The position numbers and the translations under genes were made by a program. The notes under the pieces are model-generated. The model searched no databases. It was given only the letters and a program-made list of their open reading frames with translations, and was not told the origin of the DNA. From Methanobacteriota archaeon (lineage in GTDB: Archaea > Thermoplasmatota > Thermoplasmata > RBG-16-68-12 > EA-27), in the NCBI GenBank assembly GCA_016207545.1, contig JACQPO010000140.1:1-46097 (forward strand): a DNA stretch of 46,097 bases. Reading direction: 5' to 3'. Below are positions 25,764-35,420 of this stretch, in pieces (the stretch's first letter is position 1; each line of letters begins with the position of its first letter).

Positions 25764-27317
25764 TTACCTGTACGGTGCGGGACCCCATCCACCCCCGCCC
25801 GGCGTCTCGACGACGAGCAAGTCGCCCCGCCGCACCTCGCGGGTGACCTTCGAGGGAAGCGGGCGTTCCTGACCGTCCCGGACGAGGAGGTTTCTTCCGG
25901 GTCGCCCATCCGCCCCTCCGGCGAGGCCTTTCGGGGCGTGACGCCGTCGGTCGGACACGATCGTCAGCGTGCCCTCGTCCCCGAGGAACCGGACCGCGCG
26001 TCGGACGCCGTCGCCGCCAGGGAATCGACCCGCTCCGCCGGAACCGGGGATGAGGCGGTACTCCTCGACTCGGAGCGGGTACGCGAGCTCGAGCGCCTCC
26101 ACGGGCGTGTTCTTCGTGTTCGTCATGTGCGTGTGGACACCGGACATGCCCGGTCGGTAGGGCAGCGCGCCTTCCCCGCCCGCGATCGTCTCGTAGTACG
26201 CGAACGTGGGCGCCCCGAGGAGGAGGTTGTTCATCGTCCCCTGGGACTGCGCGGGGACCCGGTCCGGCCATGCCCCGGCGAGCGCGAGGAACAACGTGTC
26301 CACGATCCGCTGGGAGGTCTCCACGTTCCCCGCGGCGACCGCGGCCGGAGGGCGGGGGTTCAGAAGGCTTCCGGGCGGCGCCTCGACGAGGACCGGTGCA
26401 TAGCATCCGGCGTTCGGCGGCGCCTCCGGGTCCGTGAGGCAGCGGATCACGTAGTACGTCGCGGACCGGGTGACCGCGAGCGGGGCGTTCACGTTTCCCG
26501 CGACCTGATCGTCCGTGCCCGCGAAATCGACGCGGACGTCCGCGCCCAGGGTGACCGCACACCGGATCCGCAGCGGCGCGTCGCGGACCCCGTCGTCGTC
26601 CAAGGCATCCTCGGCTCGGTACGTCCCCGCCGGCGCGGCGGTCAGCGCCGCACGGACGCGCCGCTCGCTGTACGCCAGAATCTCATCCGCAAACGCGTCG
26701 AAGGTCGCGCCGCCATATTTGTCGTAGAGCTCCCGCAACCGCCGCGCCCCGAGCTCGTTCGCGGCCACCTGTGCGCGCAGGTCCCCGAGCCGCTCACGGG
26801 GGTTCCGCATCCCCTCGAGGATCCGCCGCCGGAGTTCCGGGTTCTCCTCGCCGCCGCGCAACCACTTGGCTGGCTCGAGCACGACGCCTTCGTCCTCGAG
26901 GGTCACGCGTCCGACGGGGAACGATCCGGGCGCCTGACCCCCTACGTCCGCGTGGTGGGCGCGGTTCACGACGAACCCGACGAGGCGGCCATCGTGGAAC
27001 ACGGGCTTCGCCAGCGTGATGTCCGGGAGGTGCGAGCCGCCGCGGTACGGGTCGTTCGTGATGAGCTGGTCCCCGTCCACCAGCTCGCCCCCGAACGTCG
27101 CCAGCAGGAACTCGACGGTCAGCGGCATGCCGCCGAGGTGGACGGGGATGTGCTCCGCCTGCGCGATCATCCGTCCCCGTCCGTCGAACAGGGCGCAACT
27201 CGCGTCCATCCGCTCTTTGATATTCGGGGAGTACGCGGTCCGCTTGAGAGCTACGCCCATTTCCTCCGGCACGAACGCGAAGCCGGTTCGAAGGATCTCG
27301 AGCTCCGCGGGGTTCAC
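25764..27317 (-). CDS. hyuB: Hydantoinase/oxoprolinase family, B subunit
   Basis: (V)NPAELEILRTGFAFVPEEMGVALKRTAYSPNIKERMDASCALFD...PVHLGGMP... is HyuB-like over about 517 aa. GTG 27317 overlaps the hyuA stop (GTGA). The ORF-track start at 28802 is an out-of-context extension. Confidence 0.85.
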   Translation of the reverse strand: MNPAELEILRTGFAFVPEEMGVALKRTAYSPNIKERMDASCALFDGRGRMIAQAEHIPVHLGGMPLTVEFLLATFGGELVDGDQLITNDPYRGGSHLPDITLAKPVFHDGRLVGFVVNRAHHADVGGQAPGSFPVGRVTLEDEGVVLEPAKWLRGGEENPELRRRILEGMRNPRERLGDLRAQVAANELGARRLRELYDKYGGATFDAFADEILAYSERRVRAALTAAPAGTYRAEDALDDDGVRDAPLRIRCAVTLGADVRVDFAGTDDQVAGNVNAPLAVTRSATYYVIRCLTDPEAPPNAGCYAPVLVEAPPGSLLNPRPPAAVAAGNVETSQRIVDTLFLALAGAWPDRVPAQSQGTMNNLLLGAPTFAYYETIAGGEGALPYRPGMSGVHTHMTNTKNTPVEALELAYPLRVEEYRLIPGSGGAGRFPGGDGVRRAVRFLGDEGTLTIVSDRRRHAPKGLAGGADGRPGRNLLVRDGQERPLPSKVTREVRRGDLLVVETPGGGGWGPAPYR

Positions 27318-29233
27318 GCGCCCACCTCCACCGCCAAGACGCCGTGGCGGTCGACACGGAATCGCGCGCCGGGCGGAACAACGGTCGTCGCGTGATCCTC
27401 CTCGACGACGGCAGGGCCTTCCGCTTCGAACCCGACGGGCAAGGCGACGCGCGCGTAGGCAGTGGCCGTCTCGCGGCCCTCGGGGAACACGACGCTTCGG
27501 GTCCCCTTGACGGGCTCTCCGTGAGGCTCGACCGGCGGGACCGGGTGGGGCCGGGGAATGGTCGCGGTCAGCCGCACGGTCACGACCTCGACCGGCTCGT
27601 CCCGCGCCGCGTATCCGTATATCGCCTCGTGGCGGCGATGGAACTCCGCCGGAAGGTCGCCCCCCACGGCCACGTTCACTTCGTAACTCTGACCGACGTA
27701 CCGCAGATCGACGGAGGGCGCGAGGAGCGGCTCCTCCCGGAAGCCTTGCCTCTCGAACGCGCGTCGCGCGCGGTCCGAGAACTCCGCCAGGATGTCCTCG
27801 ACGACGGGCCCCGCGTCCGCGAGCGGCGTCACCTGCGTCCGGCCGAAGTCGTGGCGTAGGTCGCTCACAAGGATTCCGTACGCGGAGAACGCGCCCGGCA
27901 GGAACGGGACGAGGATCCGCGGGATGCCGATGTCGCGCGCCAGGTAGGCGGCGTGCATCGCACCCGCACCGCCAAACGCGAGGAGCGCGAAGTCCCGTGG
28001 GTCGAGGCCTCGCTTCGAGAGGGCCAGGCGCACGGCGGAACCCATGTTCGCGCGGACGACGGACTGGACCGCGACGATCGCCTCGTCGTACGTGCCGAAA
28101 TGCGAGATGAGCGCCTTGGCACCCCGCTTCGCGGCGTGGACTTGGAGCGGCATCGTACCGCCAAGCAGTGCTGTCGGCAGCGCCCCGCCGAGGAGGTCCG
28201 CGTCCGCGACCGTGAACTCCGTGCCGCCACGGCCGTAGCACATCGGCCCCGGCTCGGCCCCCGCACTCCGCGGGCCCACGCGAAGGGCGCCGCCCGCGTC
28301 GAACCACGCCACGCTGCCACCGCCCGCGCCCACGGAAGTGATGTCCACGACCGGCGACGCAATCGGATGCCCCGCCAACGTCGCTTCGATCGTCCACGCC
28401 GCCTGACCGTCCGCGATGACGGACACGTCCGCGCTCGTCCCGCCCATGTCGAACGTGATGACGTTTCGCTCTCCCACGAGGTCCGCGACGACGCGCGCGG
28501 CCGCGACGCCACCCGCGGGCCCGGACAAGAGGAGGTCGAGGGGCCGCGCCCGCACGGCGGGGGACCGAACGACTCCGCCGGAGGACCGCATGACGAGAAA
28601 CGGCGCACCCAAGGAGGCCTCGAGGTCCGCGAGGTACCGGTCCACGAGGGGCTTCACATACGCGTCGAGCACGGTTGTCGACGTGCGCTCGAACTCCCGG
28701 AACTCGGGCAGCACCTCGCTCGAGAGGGACACGGGCAGGTCGGCGAGGGCGTCCCGCACCAAGCGTTCGTGCTCCGGCTTGAGGAACGAGAACAGGAGGC
28801 ACACGGCCACGGACTCCGCCCCGGAGGCGCGCATCTGGGCGGCGATCGCCGCGAGCGCTTCCGGGTCCGGCGCGCGGAGGACGGTGCCGTCCGAGGCTAC
28901 CCGCTCCGCAAGGCCAAACCGTCGTTCCGCGGGCACGAGCGGGTCGGGCCGCGTGACCCGGAAGTCGTAGAGGCTCGGCCGATGCTGGCGGCCGATCGCG
29001 AGGACATCCTCGAACCCCTCCGTCGTCACGAGCGCGGTTCGGGCTCCGCGGCCCTCGAGGACCGCGTTCGTCGCGACCGTGGTCCCGTGCGCCATCGCGG
29101 TGCCGCGGAGCGCGCGCAGGCCGGCAAGGACGGCCGCACCGGGATTCCGCGGCGTCGACGGTACCTTGTGGATCCGCAGGTCCTCGTCCACGAAGTCCGT
29201 GAACGTGCCGCCTACGTCAACGCCGACGAGCAC
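27314..29233 (-). CDS. hyuA: Hydantoinase/oxoprolinase family, A subunit
   Basis: (M)LVGVDVGGTFTDFV...TTVATNAVLE...FDMGGTSADVS... is the typical HyuA pattern. 639 aa. Confidence 0.9.
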   Translation of the reverse strand: MLVGVDVGGTFTDFVDEDLRIHKVPSTPRNPGAAVLAGLRALRGTAMAHGTTVATNAVLEGRGARTALVTTEGFEDVLAIGRQHRPSLYDFRVTRPDPLVPAERRFGLAERVASDGTVLRAPDPEALAAIAAQMRASGAESVAVCLLFSFLKPEHERLVRDALADLPVSLSSEVLPEFREFERTSTTVLDAYVKPLVDRYLADLEASLGAPFLVMRSSGGVVRSPAVRARPLDLLLSGPAGGVAAARVVADLVGERNVITFDMGGTSADVSVIADGQAAWTIEATLAGHPIASPVVDITSVGAGGGSVAWFDAGGALRVGPRSAGAEPGPMCYGRGGTEFTVADADLLGGALPTALLGGTMPLQVHAAKRGAKALISHFGTYDEAIVAVQSVVRANMGSAVRLALSKRGLDPRDFALLAFGGAGAMHAAYLARDIGIPRILVPFLPGAFSAYGILVSDLRHDFGRTQVTPLADAGPVVEDILAEFSDRARRAFERQGFREEPLLAPSVDLRYVGQSYEVNVAVGGDLPAEFHRRHEAIYGYAARDEPVEVVTVRLTATIPRPHPVPPVEPHGEPVKGTRSVVFPEGRETATAYARVALPVGFEAEGPAVVEEDHATTVVPPGARFRVDRHGVLAVEVGA

Positions 29234-29389
29234 GCGCCCTCATCGCACGTCGCCCCTTAAGCGCGTAGAAAACGGGGAGCGACCGCGGCAACCGCGGGAC
29301 GCTCCCAATGGCTGGATTCCAGGAACGACGCCGGCGCGGGCGGGACCGTCCGCGTCGGCCCGATCCTGGGACGAGAAAGCGGCGCGCAG

Positions 29390-29395
29390 TATATA
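29390..29395 (+). promoter_or_regulatory. TATA box candidate for the ACT-domain regulator gene
   Basis: TATATA sits in a locally AT-rich stretch (gcagTATATAgcaattc), 60-95 nt upstream of the two candidate ATGs (29455 and 29485). Confidence 0.35.
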
Positions 29396-29484
29396 GCAAT
29401 TCTGTCGTTCAAGGTCTGAAAATAGACATCTATCGACAGAAAGCTCATACGTCAATGGACACTTCTCGGCATCGAGGTCGTCTC

Positions 29485-29985
29485 ATGTGGGCGAAACTGA
29501 AGCCGTACTTCAAGGGGTTCCCCGCGCAGGAGAAAATCGCCCAGCTGATGGTGAACTACGGACTCCGGGTCAAGGAAGACCGCGTCTACGCGGGGGAAAT
29601 CGAGCTCACGGACAGCGCGGTCGCGCGCGCGGCGGGCGTGGACCGACGGGTCGTGACCGCGACCGTGGAGACGATCCGGAAAACGCCGATCCTTGCAGAG
29701 TTCTTCGGGAAGCTGTGGCCCGTGTGCCACCTGGGGAACGTTGCGCCCCTCATGGGCTGGGGGGCGATTGAAATCCTCCCGACGAACGCGTCGAAGCCCG
29801 GGATTTTGGCGGGGACGTCCTCGATCATCGCGGAGGCGGGGATCAGCGTGCGGCAGGTCATCGTGGACGACCCGGAGGTCTTCGAAGATCCACGGGCGAT
29901 GTTGATTACGGAAAAGCCCGTGCCGGAACGACTGCTGCCGAAGCTCCGGAATCTGGACGGGGTCCGCGGGGTCGTCCTTCGCTAG
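29485..29985 (+). CDS. Archaeal ACT-domain regulator of amino-acid metabolism (COG2150-like)
   Basis: MWAKLKPYFKGFPAQEKIAQLMVNYGLRVKEDRVYAGEIELTDSAVARAAGVDRRVV... has an N-terminal HTH-like part. The C-terminal ACT-like part is ...EILPTNASKPGILAGTSSIIAEAGISVRQVIVDDPE.... An alternative ATG lies at 29455. Confidence 0.7.
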   Translation: MWAKLKPYFKGFPAQEKIAQLMVNYGLRVKEDRVYAGEIELTDSAVARAAGVDRRVVTATVETIRKTPILAEFFGKLWPVCHLGNVAPLMGWGAIEILPTNASKPGILAGTSSIIAEAGISVRQVIVDDPEVFEDPRAMLITEKPVPERLLPKLRNLDGVRGVVLR

Positions 29986-30566
29986 GGCGTCGCGGTCCGC
30001 GCCACGGTCCGGGCGACGTTCGGGACGAGGATTCGGCGCGCAAGGTCCTCGAACGCCCGCGTCACGTTGTCCCCCCGCTTCGCGCTCGTGAACAGGTACG
30101 GGGAATCGTACGCTTGGCTGAACGCGCGGACGTGGTCCTCCTGCTCTTCGAAGGACTCTACGAGGTCGACCTTGTTCACGAGGATGTGAACGGGGACGTC
30201 TCCCGACACGTCCCACGCCCGGTCGATCCATCCGTCGAGGGACTCGAGGCTCTCCCGGACCGTAACGTCCGCGACCGCCAGGATGGCCTGGCAACCGTAG
30301 AAGTACGATTCCTTGAGGAGCTCGCGGAAGCCCGCGGTGCCCATGACGTCCCAGATCGTCATCACGGCCTCGATCGGCGGGGTGAGCTCCGTGGCGTTCA
30401 GGACGACGGTCTTCTTCGTGACCTTCGCGCCGAGGGTCTGGATGTACGCGTCGTCGAACAGGTCGAGCACGTACCGTCGGATGAGGCTCGTCTTGCCGAC
30501 GCCCGTGTCGCCCACGAGGCACAGCTTCAGCTTGACCCGCGAGCGCGGACGCTCCGCGCGAAGCAC
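29982..30566 (-). CDS. Ras/Rab-like small GTPase (stand-alone paralogue of the 13087-13914 product)
   Basis: G1 is GDTGVGKT, switch I is YIQTLG, G3 is DVMG, G4 is NKVD and G5 is SAK. The N-terminal 40 aa are closely similar to the other GTPase. GTG start at 30566. Confidence 0.8.
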   Translation of the reverse strand: MLRAERPRSRVKLKLCLVGDTGVGKTSLIRRYVLDLFDDAYIQTLGAKVTKKTVVLNATELTPPIEAVMTIWDVMGTAGFRELLKESYFYGCQAILAVADVTVRESLESLDGWIDRAWDVSGDVPVHILVNKVDLVESFEEQEDHVRAFSQAYDSPYLFTSAKRGDNVTRAFEDLARRILVPNVARTVARTATP

Positions 30567-30660
30567 CGTCTCCCCCCGTTTGGTTCTCTACGACGTTCAA
30601 GGAAAGGTTCGCTCATAACCGTGCGCGCGTGGGAATCACGGATGATTCTTACGCGCCGAA

Positions 30661-31095
30661 TTACCCGATCCGGAGGCGATGTTCTGTCCGCAAGCACCGG
30701 TCCATCACCACCTGCATCCCCGCGGCCCGCGCCTTTCGGGCGGCCGCCTCGTTCGCAATCCCTAGCTGCATCCAGAGGACCTTTGCCCTCCCCAAGCGGA
30801 TCGCGTCGTCCACGATCGGCTCCACCTGGTCGGAGGGTCGGAAGATGTTCACGACCTCGTACGGCTCCGGGACCGCGCCGAGGTTCGGGTACGCCTTCTC
30901 CCCGAGAATCTCCGTCGCGGTGGGGTTCACCGGGATGACCCGGTACCCCTTGGACTGCATGTACGCGGGCACCGTGTGGGCGTCCTTGCTCGGGTCTTTC
31001 GAGCAGCCGACGACGGCGATCGTGCGATACCGCCGAAGGATGTCCGTGAGGTCTGGCTCCTCGCCCGCCAACGCTCCCCCTGCGTCCGGCGACAC
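30661..31095 (-). CDS. CoA-binding domain protein (YccU/COG1832-like)
   Basis: 144 aa. ...ILRRYRTIAVVGCSKDPSKDAHTVPAYMQSKGYRVIPVNP...VVNIFRP... is the typical CoA_binding_2 pattern. Confidence 0.8.
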   Translation of the reverse strand: MSPDAGGALAGEEPDLTDILRRYRTIAVVGCSKDPSKDAHTVPAYMQSKGYRVIPVNPTATEILGEKAYPNLGAVPEPYEVVNIFRPSDQVEPIVDDAIRLGRAKVLWMQLGIANEAAARKARAAGMQVVMDRCLRTEHRLRIG

Positions 31096-31160
31096 GGCGG
31101 TCCCGCGACTTATACGTTGGGGCGAAACCGTCTTAGCGGACGGCTGGCTGGCTGGGGTCG

Positions 31161-32615
31161 ATGTGGGAGCTCGCGCGCCGCATGGCGGAACGGCTGCGCC
31201 GCACCTCCCGCGTCCGCGTGTACGGACACATCGACAGCGACGGGATCACGGGCGCGGCGATCGCGTCGGAGGCCCTCGCGCGGGCCGGCGTCGAGCACGA
31301 CGTCACGTTTCTGAAGCGGCTCGACGAGGCGGCGCTCGCCGTCGTGAAGGACGAGAACCCGCAGCTCGCCTGGTTCGTCGACTTCGGGGCGGGCGTGTAC
31401 GACAAGATGGACGGCCTCGACGCCGTGATCACGGACCACCACGTGCCCTCAGAGCGCGAAATCCCGCGAGAACATCGTAAAGACCTCGTCTCCTTCGCGC
31501 GCGCGGAAGACCGCGTGCTCATGTTGAACCCGCACCTGCTCGGGGAGGGGAGCGACGCCGCGAGCGGCGCGGGGACGACGTACCTCGTCGCGAAGGCGAT
31601 GGACCTGCGGAACACGGACTTGGCGGCGATCGCAATCGTGGGCGCCGTCGCGGACATGCAGGAGCGGGAGTGGCGGCGCGTGACGGGGTTCAACCGCCAA
31701 ATCCTGCAGGACGGAGTCGAGGCTCGCGTGCTCGACGCGAAGACCGACCTGCGCTTGTTCGGGCGGGAGACGCGGCCGATCCACAAGATGCTCCAGTACG
31801 CGAGCGACCCGTGGATCCCGCGCCTGTCCGGGAACGGCGAGGCGTGCATCGCGTTCCTCCTGGAGCTCGGGCTCGAGCCGAAACAGGAAGGGCGGTGGAT
31901 TGCGTGGAACGAGCTGCCGTGGAGCCAGAAGCGGCTCGTCGCGTCCGAACTCGTCCGCCACATGCTTGACCGCGGCGTCGGATGGAAGGAGGTCGAGCGG
32001 CTCGTCGGGGAGACGTACACGCTCCTTCGGGAGGAATCCGGCAGCCCACTGCGGGACGCGAAGGAGTTCGGCACGCTGATCAACGCGTGCGGCCGGTACG
32101 ACCGCGCGGACGTCGGATACCGGGTGTGTCGCGGGGACCGTGACGAGGCCCTCGCGGAGTCGCTCGCCCTGCTCCGGGGCCACCGCGAGACGATCGTCCG
32201 CTCCCTCGACTTCATCGACGAGATCGGAATTCAGCAGCTCACGGCGATTCAGTACTTCCACGCGCAGGACCGGATTCGGGACACGGTCGTGGGCATCGCC
32301 GCCAGCATGGCGCTCCAAGGCCCGGGGGCGAACCTCGCCCTTCCGATCGTCGCGTTCGCGCTCGCGGACGACGGCGTCAAGGTCAGCTGCCGCGGGACCC
32401 GGGAGCTCCTCGCACAGGGACTCGACTTGGCGGCGATCATGCAGCAAGCGTCGCGCGCGGTGGGCGGCGAAGGCGGGGGACACAAGGTCGCCGCGGGCGC
32501 GACAATCCCGCCGGGGACGGAACAGGAGTTCCTCGCGATCGTCGATCGCATGGTCGGCGAACAGTTGGGCCGCGCGTCCGGGTTCTCGACCGCGGACGGC
32601 CTTACCTTTATGTGA
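31161..32615 (+). CDS. recJ: Archaeal RecJ/GAN-like DHH-family nuclease (Cdc45/RecJ homologue)
   Basis: DHH motifs are GHIDSDGITG, FVDFG and ITDHHVP. The DHHA1 motif is GGEGGGHKVAAGATIP. 484 aa. Confidence 0.8.
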   Translation: MWELARRMAERLRRTSRVRVYGHIDSDGITGAAIASEALARAGVEHDVTFLKRLDEAALAVVKDENPQLAWFVDFGAGVYDKMDGLDAVITDHHVPSEREIPREHRKDLVSFARAEDRVLMLNPHLLGEGSDAASGAGTTYLVAKAMDLRNTDLAAIAIVGAVADMQEREWRRVTGFNRQILQDGVEARVLDAKTDLRLFGRETRPIHKMLQYASDPWIPRLSGNGEACIAFLLELGLEPKQEGRWIAWNELPWSQKRLVASELVRHMLDRGVGWKEVERLVGETYTLLREESGSPLRDAKEFGTLINACGRYDRADVGYRVCRGDRDEALAESLALLRGHRETIVRSLDFIDEIGIQQLTAIQYFHAQDRIRDTVVGIAASMALQGPGANLALPIVAFALADDGVKVSCRGTRELLAQGLDLAAIMQQASRAVGGEGGGHKVAAGATIPPGTEQEFLAIVDRMVGEQLGRASGFSTADGLTFM

Positions 32616-32639
32616 GCGCCATCCCTTCGAGGGCCGCCC

Positions 32640-35384
32640 ATGCCGGAATCGGAATACGAGGTTGAACTGTTCCGCCGCGACGGCTTCCTTCGCCGCCAGT
32701 GCCCGACGTGTGATTCCTGGTTTTGGAGCCTCGTGGAAACGGCGACGTGCGGCGAACCGCCGTGCAAGGAGTACGACTTCCTCGGTCGATCCCCGATGAA
32801 AAAGGCCCTCACCCCGCGCGCGATGCGGGAGGAGTTCCTCTGCTTCCACGAGGCGAACGGCCACACGCGGGTGAAGCGCTACCCGATCGTCGCGCGGTGG
32901 CGGGACGACGTGTTCTTTACGCAAGCGTCCGTCTACCCGTTCCAGCCGTGGGTCATCGACGGCATCGCGGAACCGCCGGCGAACCCCCTCGCAATCTCCC
33001 AGCCGTGCGTGCGGTTCAACGACATCGACAACGTGGGCAAGACGGGCCGCCACTTCACGATGTTCGAGATGATGGCCCACCACGCGTTCAACCGGAAGAA
33101 CAGAGAGATCTACTGGAAGGACCGGACCGTGGAGCTGTGCCACTCGTTCCTCGTCGAACGTCTCGGCGTCGACCCGAAGCTCATCACGTACAAGGAGTCG
33201 TGGTGGGCGGGCGGCGGCAATTCCGGGCCGTGCATGGAGGTCATCCTCGGCGGCGCGGAGCTCGCGACGCTCGTCTTCATGCAGTACAAAGACTCGAACG
33301 GCAACCGCATCCCGATGGAGACGAAGGTCGTTGACCCGGGATACGGCCTCGAGCGGCTCGCGTGGGTCTCGCAGGGCGTGCCGAGCGCGTACGAGGCCGT
33401 GTTCGGCGACATGCTCCAGTACATGAAACGGGCGACGGGCGCGACGAAGGTGGACGATCGCCTGCTGATGGAGTACAGCAAGGTGGCGGGGATGACAGCG
33501 GTCGAGTCCTTCGCGGACATCCGCGCGATCCGCCAGCAGACCGCGGACCGTCTCGGGATCACGGTCGACGAATTGATGAAGGAGGTCACGCCGCTCGAGC
33601 ACATCTACGCGGTGCTCGACCATGCCCGGGCGCTCATGTTCGTGCTCGCCGACGGCGTGGTACCGAGCAACAGCCGCGAGGGGTACTTCGCTCGCCTGCT
33701 CGTGCGCCGTGGCATGCGGGCGTTTCGAGCCCTGGACCTCGACATGAAGCTCACGGACCTCGTCATCCTGTTCGTGCAACACTACATGGAGGACTTCCCC
33801 GAAGTGTTCGCGAACCGCACGGACATCCTCCGGATGCTCGAAATTGAGCAGAAGAGGTACGCGGAGACGCTCACGAAGGGACGGGACATCGTCCGCCGCG
33901 TCGAGGCGGACCTGCGGGCGGAGGGTGCCGCCAAGTTTGACCCCGATCACCTCGTGCACCTGTACGACTCCCACGGGCTGACGCCGGAGGTTGTGAAGGA
34001 GTTCGCCGAGCTGCCCGTCGAGGTCCCCGACGACTTTTTCGCCCGCGTCGCGGCGCGGCACGAGGCGGCGGCGCCGAAGGAGGCGAAGCTGCATACGTGG
34101 CCTGGCACGCCGCCGGCAAGCCGGTTGCGTGTGTACGAGAACCCGGACAAGCAGAAGTTCCTCGCGAAGGTCGCCGCGATCGAGAACAACGCGGTCGTGC
34201 TCGACCAGACGTACTTCTATCCGGAAGGCGGCGGGCAGGAGGCGGACCACGGCACGATCCGCGGGTACGACGTCGTGGACGTGCAGCAGATTGGCGATTC
34301 CGTGGTCCACTTCCTGAAGGTGAAGCCGGACGCCCTCGTCGTCGGGAAGCGGGTCACGTGCATCATCGACTGGGAGCGCCGATCGAGGCTCAAGCGACAC
34401 CACACCGCGACGCACATCACCCTCGGCGCGGCGCGGAAGGTGCTCGGGAACCACGTGTGGCAGACGGGCGCGCACAAGGCGGAGGACCTCGCGCGGCTCG
34501 ACATCACACACTTCGACAGCCTGTCAGACGATGAAGTTCGGAAAATCGAGAAGGTCGCGAACGACATCGTCCTCTCGGACAAGCGGGTGACGACGAAGTT
34601 CCTCGCGCGCGACGTGGCGGAGCGGAAGTACGGGTTCCGGCTGTACCAAGGGGGCTCCGTCCCGGGCGCGAAGCTCCGGGTTGTCGAGGTTCCGGACTGG
34701 GACATCGAGGCTTGTGGTGGGACGCACTGCACGCGCACGAGCCAGGTCGGACTCATCAAACTCCTGAGGACCACGCGAATCCAGGACGGGGTCGTCCGGT
34801 TGGAGTACGTCGCAGGACCTGCGGCGGTCGAGTTCGTCCAGAAGCAGTCGCAGGCGATGGAGGCCGTGCGGGAGCGGCTCGGCGTGCCGATGGACCACGT
34901 CGCGGAGGCCGTGGCGCGACTACAAGACGAGGTGAAGGACCTCCGCAAGCGCATCGAGGCGCTCGAACGGGGCAGCATCCGTGCGGCGGTGACGGAAGCG
35001 GTCGCGGAGGAGACGACCCGCCAAGTTCAGCTGGCAGATCGCGCGGTCGAAGTGCGCGTCGCTCCCCTCGGCCCCTTGCGTCTCTGGCAGGCGGTCGTGA
35101 ACCCGGGCACGACGGACGACTTGAAGCGCCTCGCGGTCCCCATCATCCGGGAGTCGGGCAACGTCGTCGCGTTCGTGGCGAGGAATACGTCCGCGAGCAT
35201 CCTCGTGGCCCGCAGCGCGGACGTAACGTTGGATTGCCTAAGCGTTGCCCGCGGAGCGGCGGCCCTCCTTGGCGGCGCTGCCGGCGGCACCTCCGATTTC
35301 GCGCAGGGCGGCGGCGCGAAGGTCGACGAGATCGAAGCGGCGCTCGCCTCCGCGATTTCCGCGATTCGTGAATCCTTGGGATAA
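32640..35384 (+). CDS. alaS: Alanyl-tRNA synthetase, archaeal type
   Basis: 914 aa. The N-terminal Zn-ribbon-like CPTCDSWFWS...CGEPPC, the class II core, the editing-domain HxxxH (HHTATH) and the C-terminal DHHA1-like GG(G)AKV are present. Confidence 0.93.
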   Translation: MPESEYEVELFRRDGFLRRQCPTCDSWFWSLVETATCGEPPCKEYDFLGRSPMKKALTPRAMREEFLCFHEANGHTRVKRYPIVARWRDDVFFTQASVYPFQPWVIDGIAEPPANPLAISQPCVRFNDIDNVGKTGRHFTMFEMMAHHAFNRKNREIYWKDRTVELCHSFLVERLGVDPKLITYKESWWAGGGNSGPCMEVILGGAELATLVFMQYKDSNGNRIPMETKVVDPGYGLERLAWVSQGVPSAYEAVFGDMLQYMKRATGATKVDDRLLMEYSKVAGMTAVESFADIRAIRQQTADRLGITVDELMKEVTPLEHIYAVLDHARALMFVLADGVVPSNSREGYFARLLVRRGMRAFRALDLDMKLTDLVILFVQHYMEDFPEVFANRTDILRMLEIEQKRYAETLTKGRDIVRRVEADLRAEGAAKFDPDHLVHLYDSHGLTPEVVKEFAELPVEVPDDFFARVAARHEAAAPKEAKLHTWPGTPPASRLRVYENPDKQKFLAKVAAIENNAVVLDQTYFYPEGGGQEADHGTIRGYDVVDVQQIGDSVVHFLKVKPDALVVGKRVTCIIDWERRSRLKRHHTATHITLGAARKVLGNHVWQTGAHKAEDLARLDITHFDSLSDDEVRKIEKVANDIVLSDKRVTTKFLARDVAERKYGFRLYQGGSVPGAKLRVVEVPDWDIEACGGTHCTRTSQVGLIKLLRTTRIQDGVVRLEYVAGPAAVEFVQKQSQAMEAVRERLGVPMDHVAEAVARLQDEVKDLRKRIEALERGSIRAAVTEAVAEETTRQVQLADRAVEVRVAPLGPLRLWQAVVNPGTTDDLKRLAVPIIRESGNVVAFVARNTSASILVARSADVTLDCLSVARGAAALLGGAAGGTSDFAQGGGAKVDEIEAALASAISAIRESLG

Positions 35385-35420
35385 ACCCTCAAATACAACC
35401 GTCCGTTAAGCGGCGCGAAG

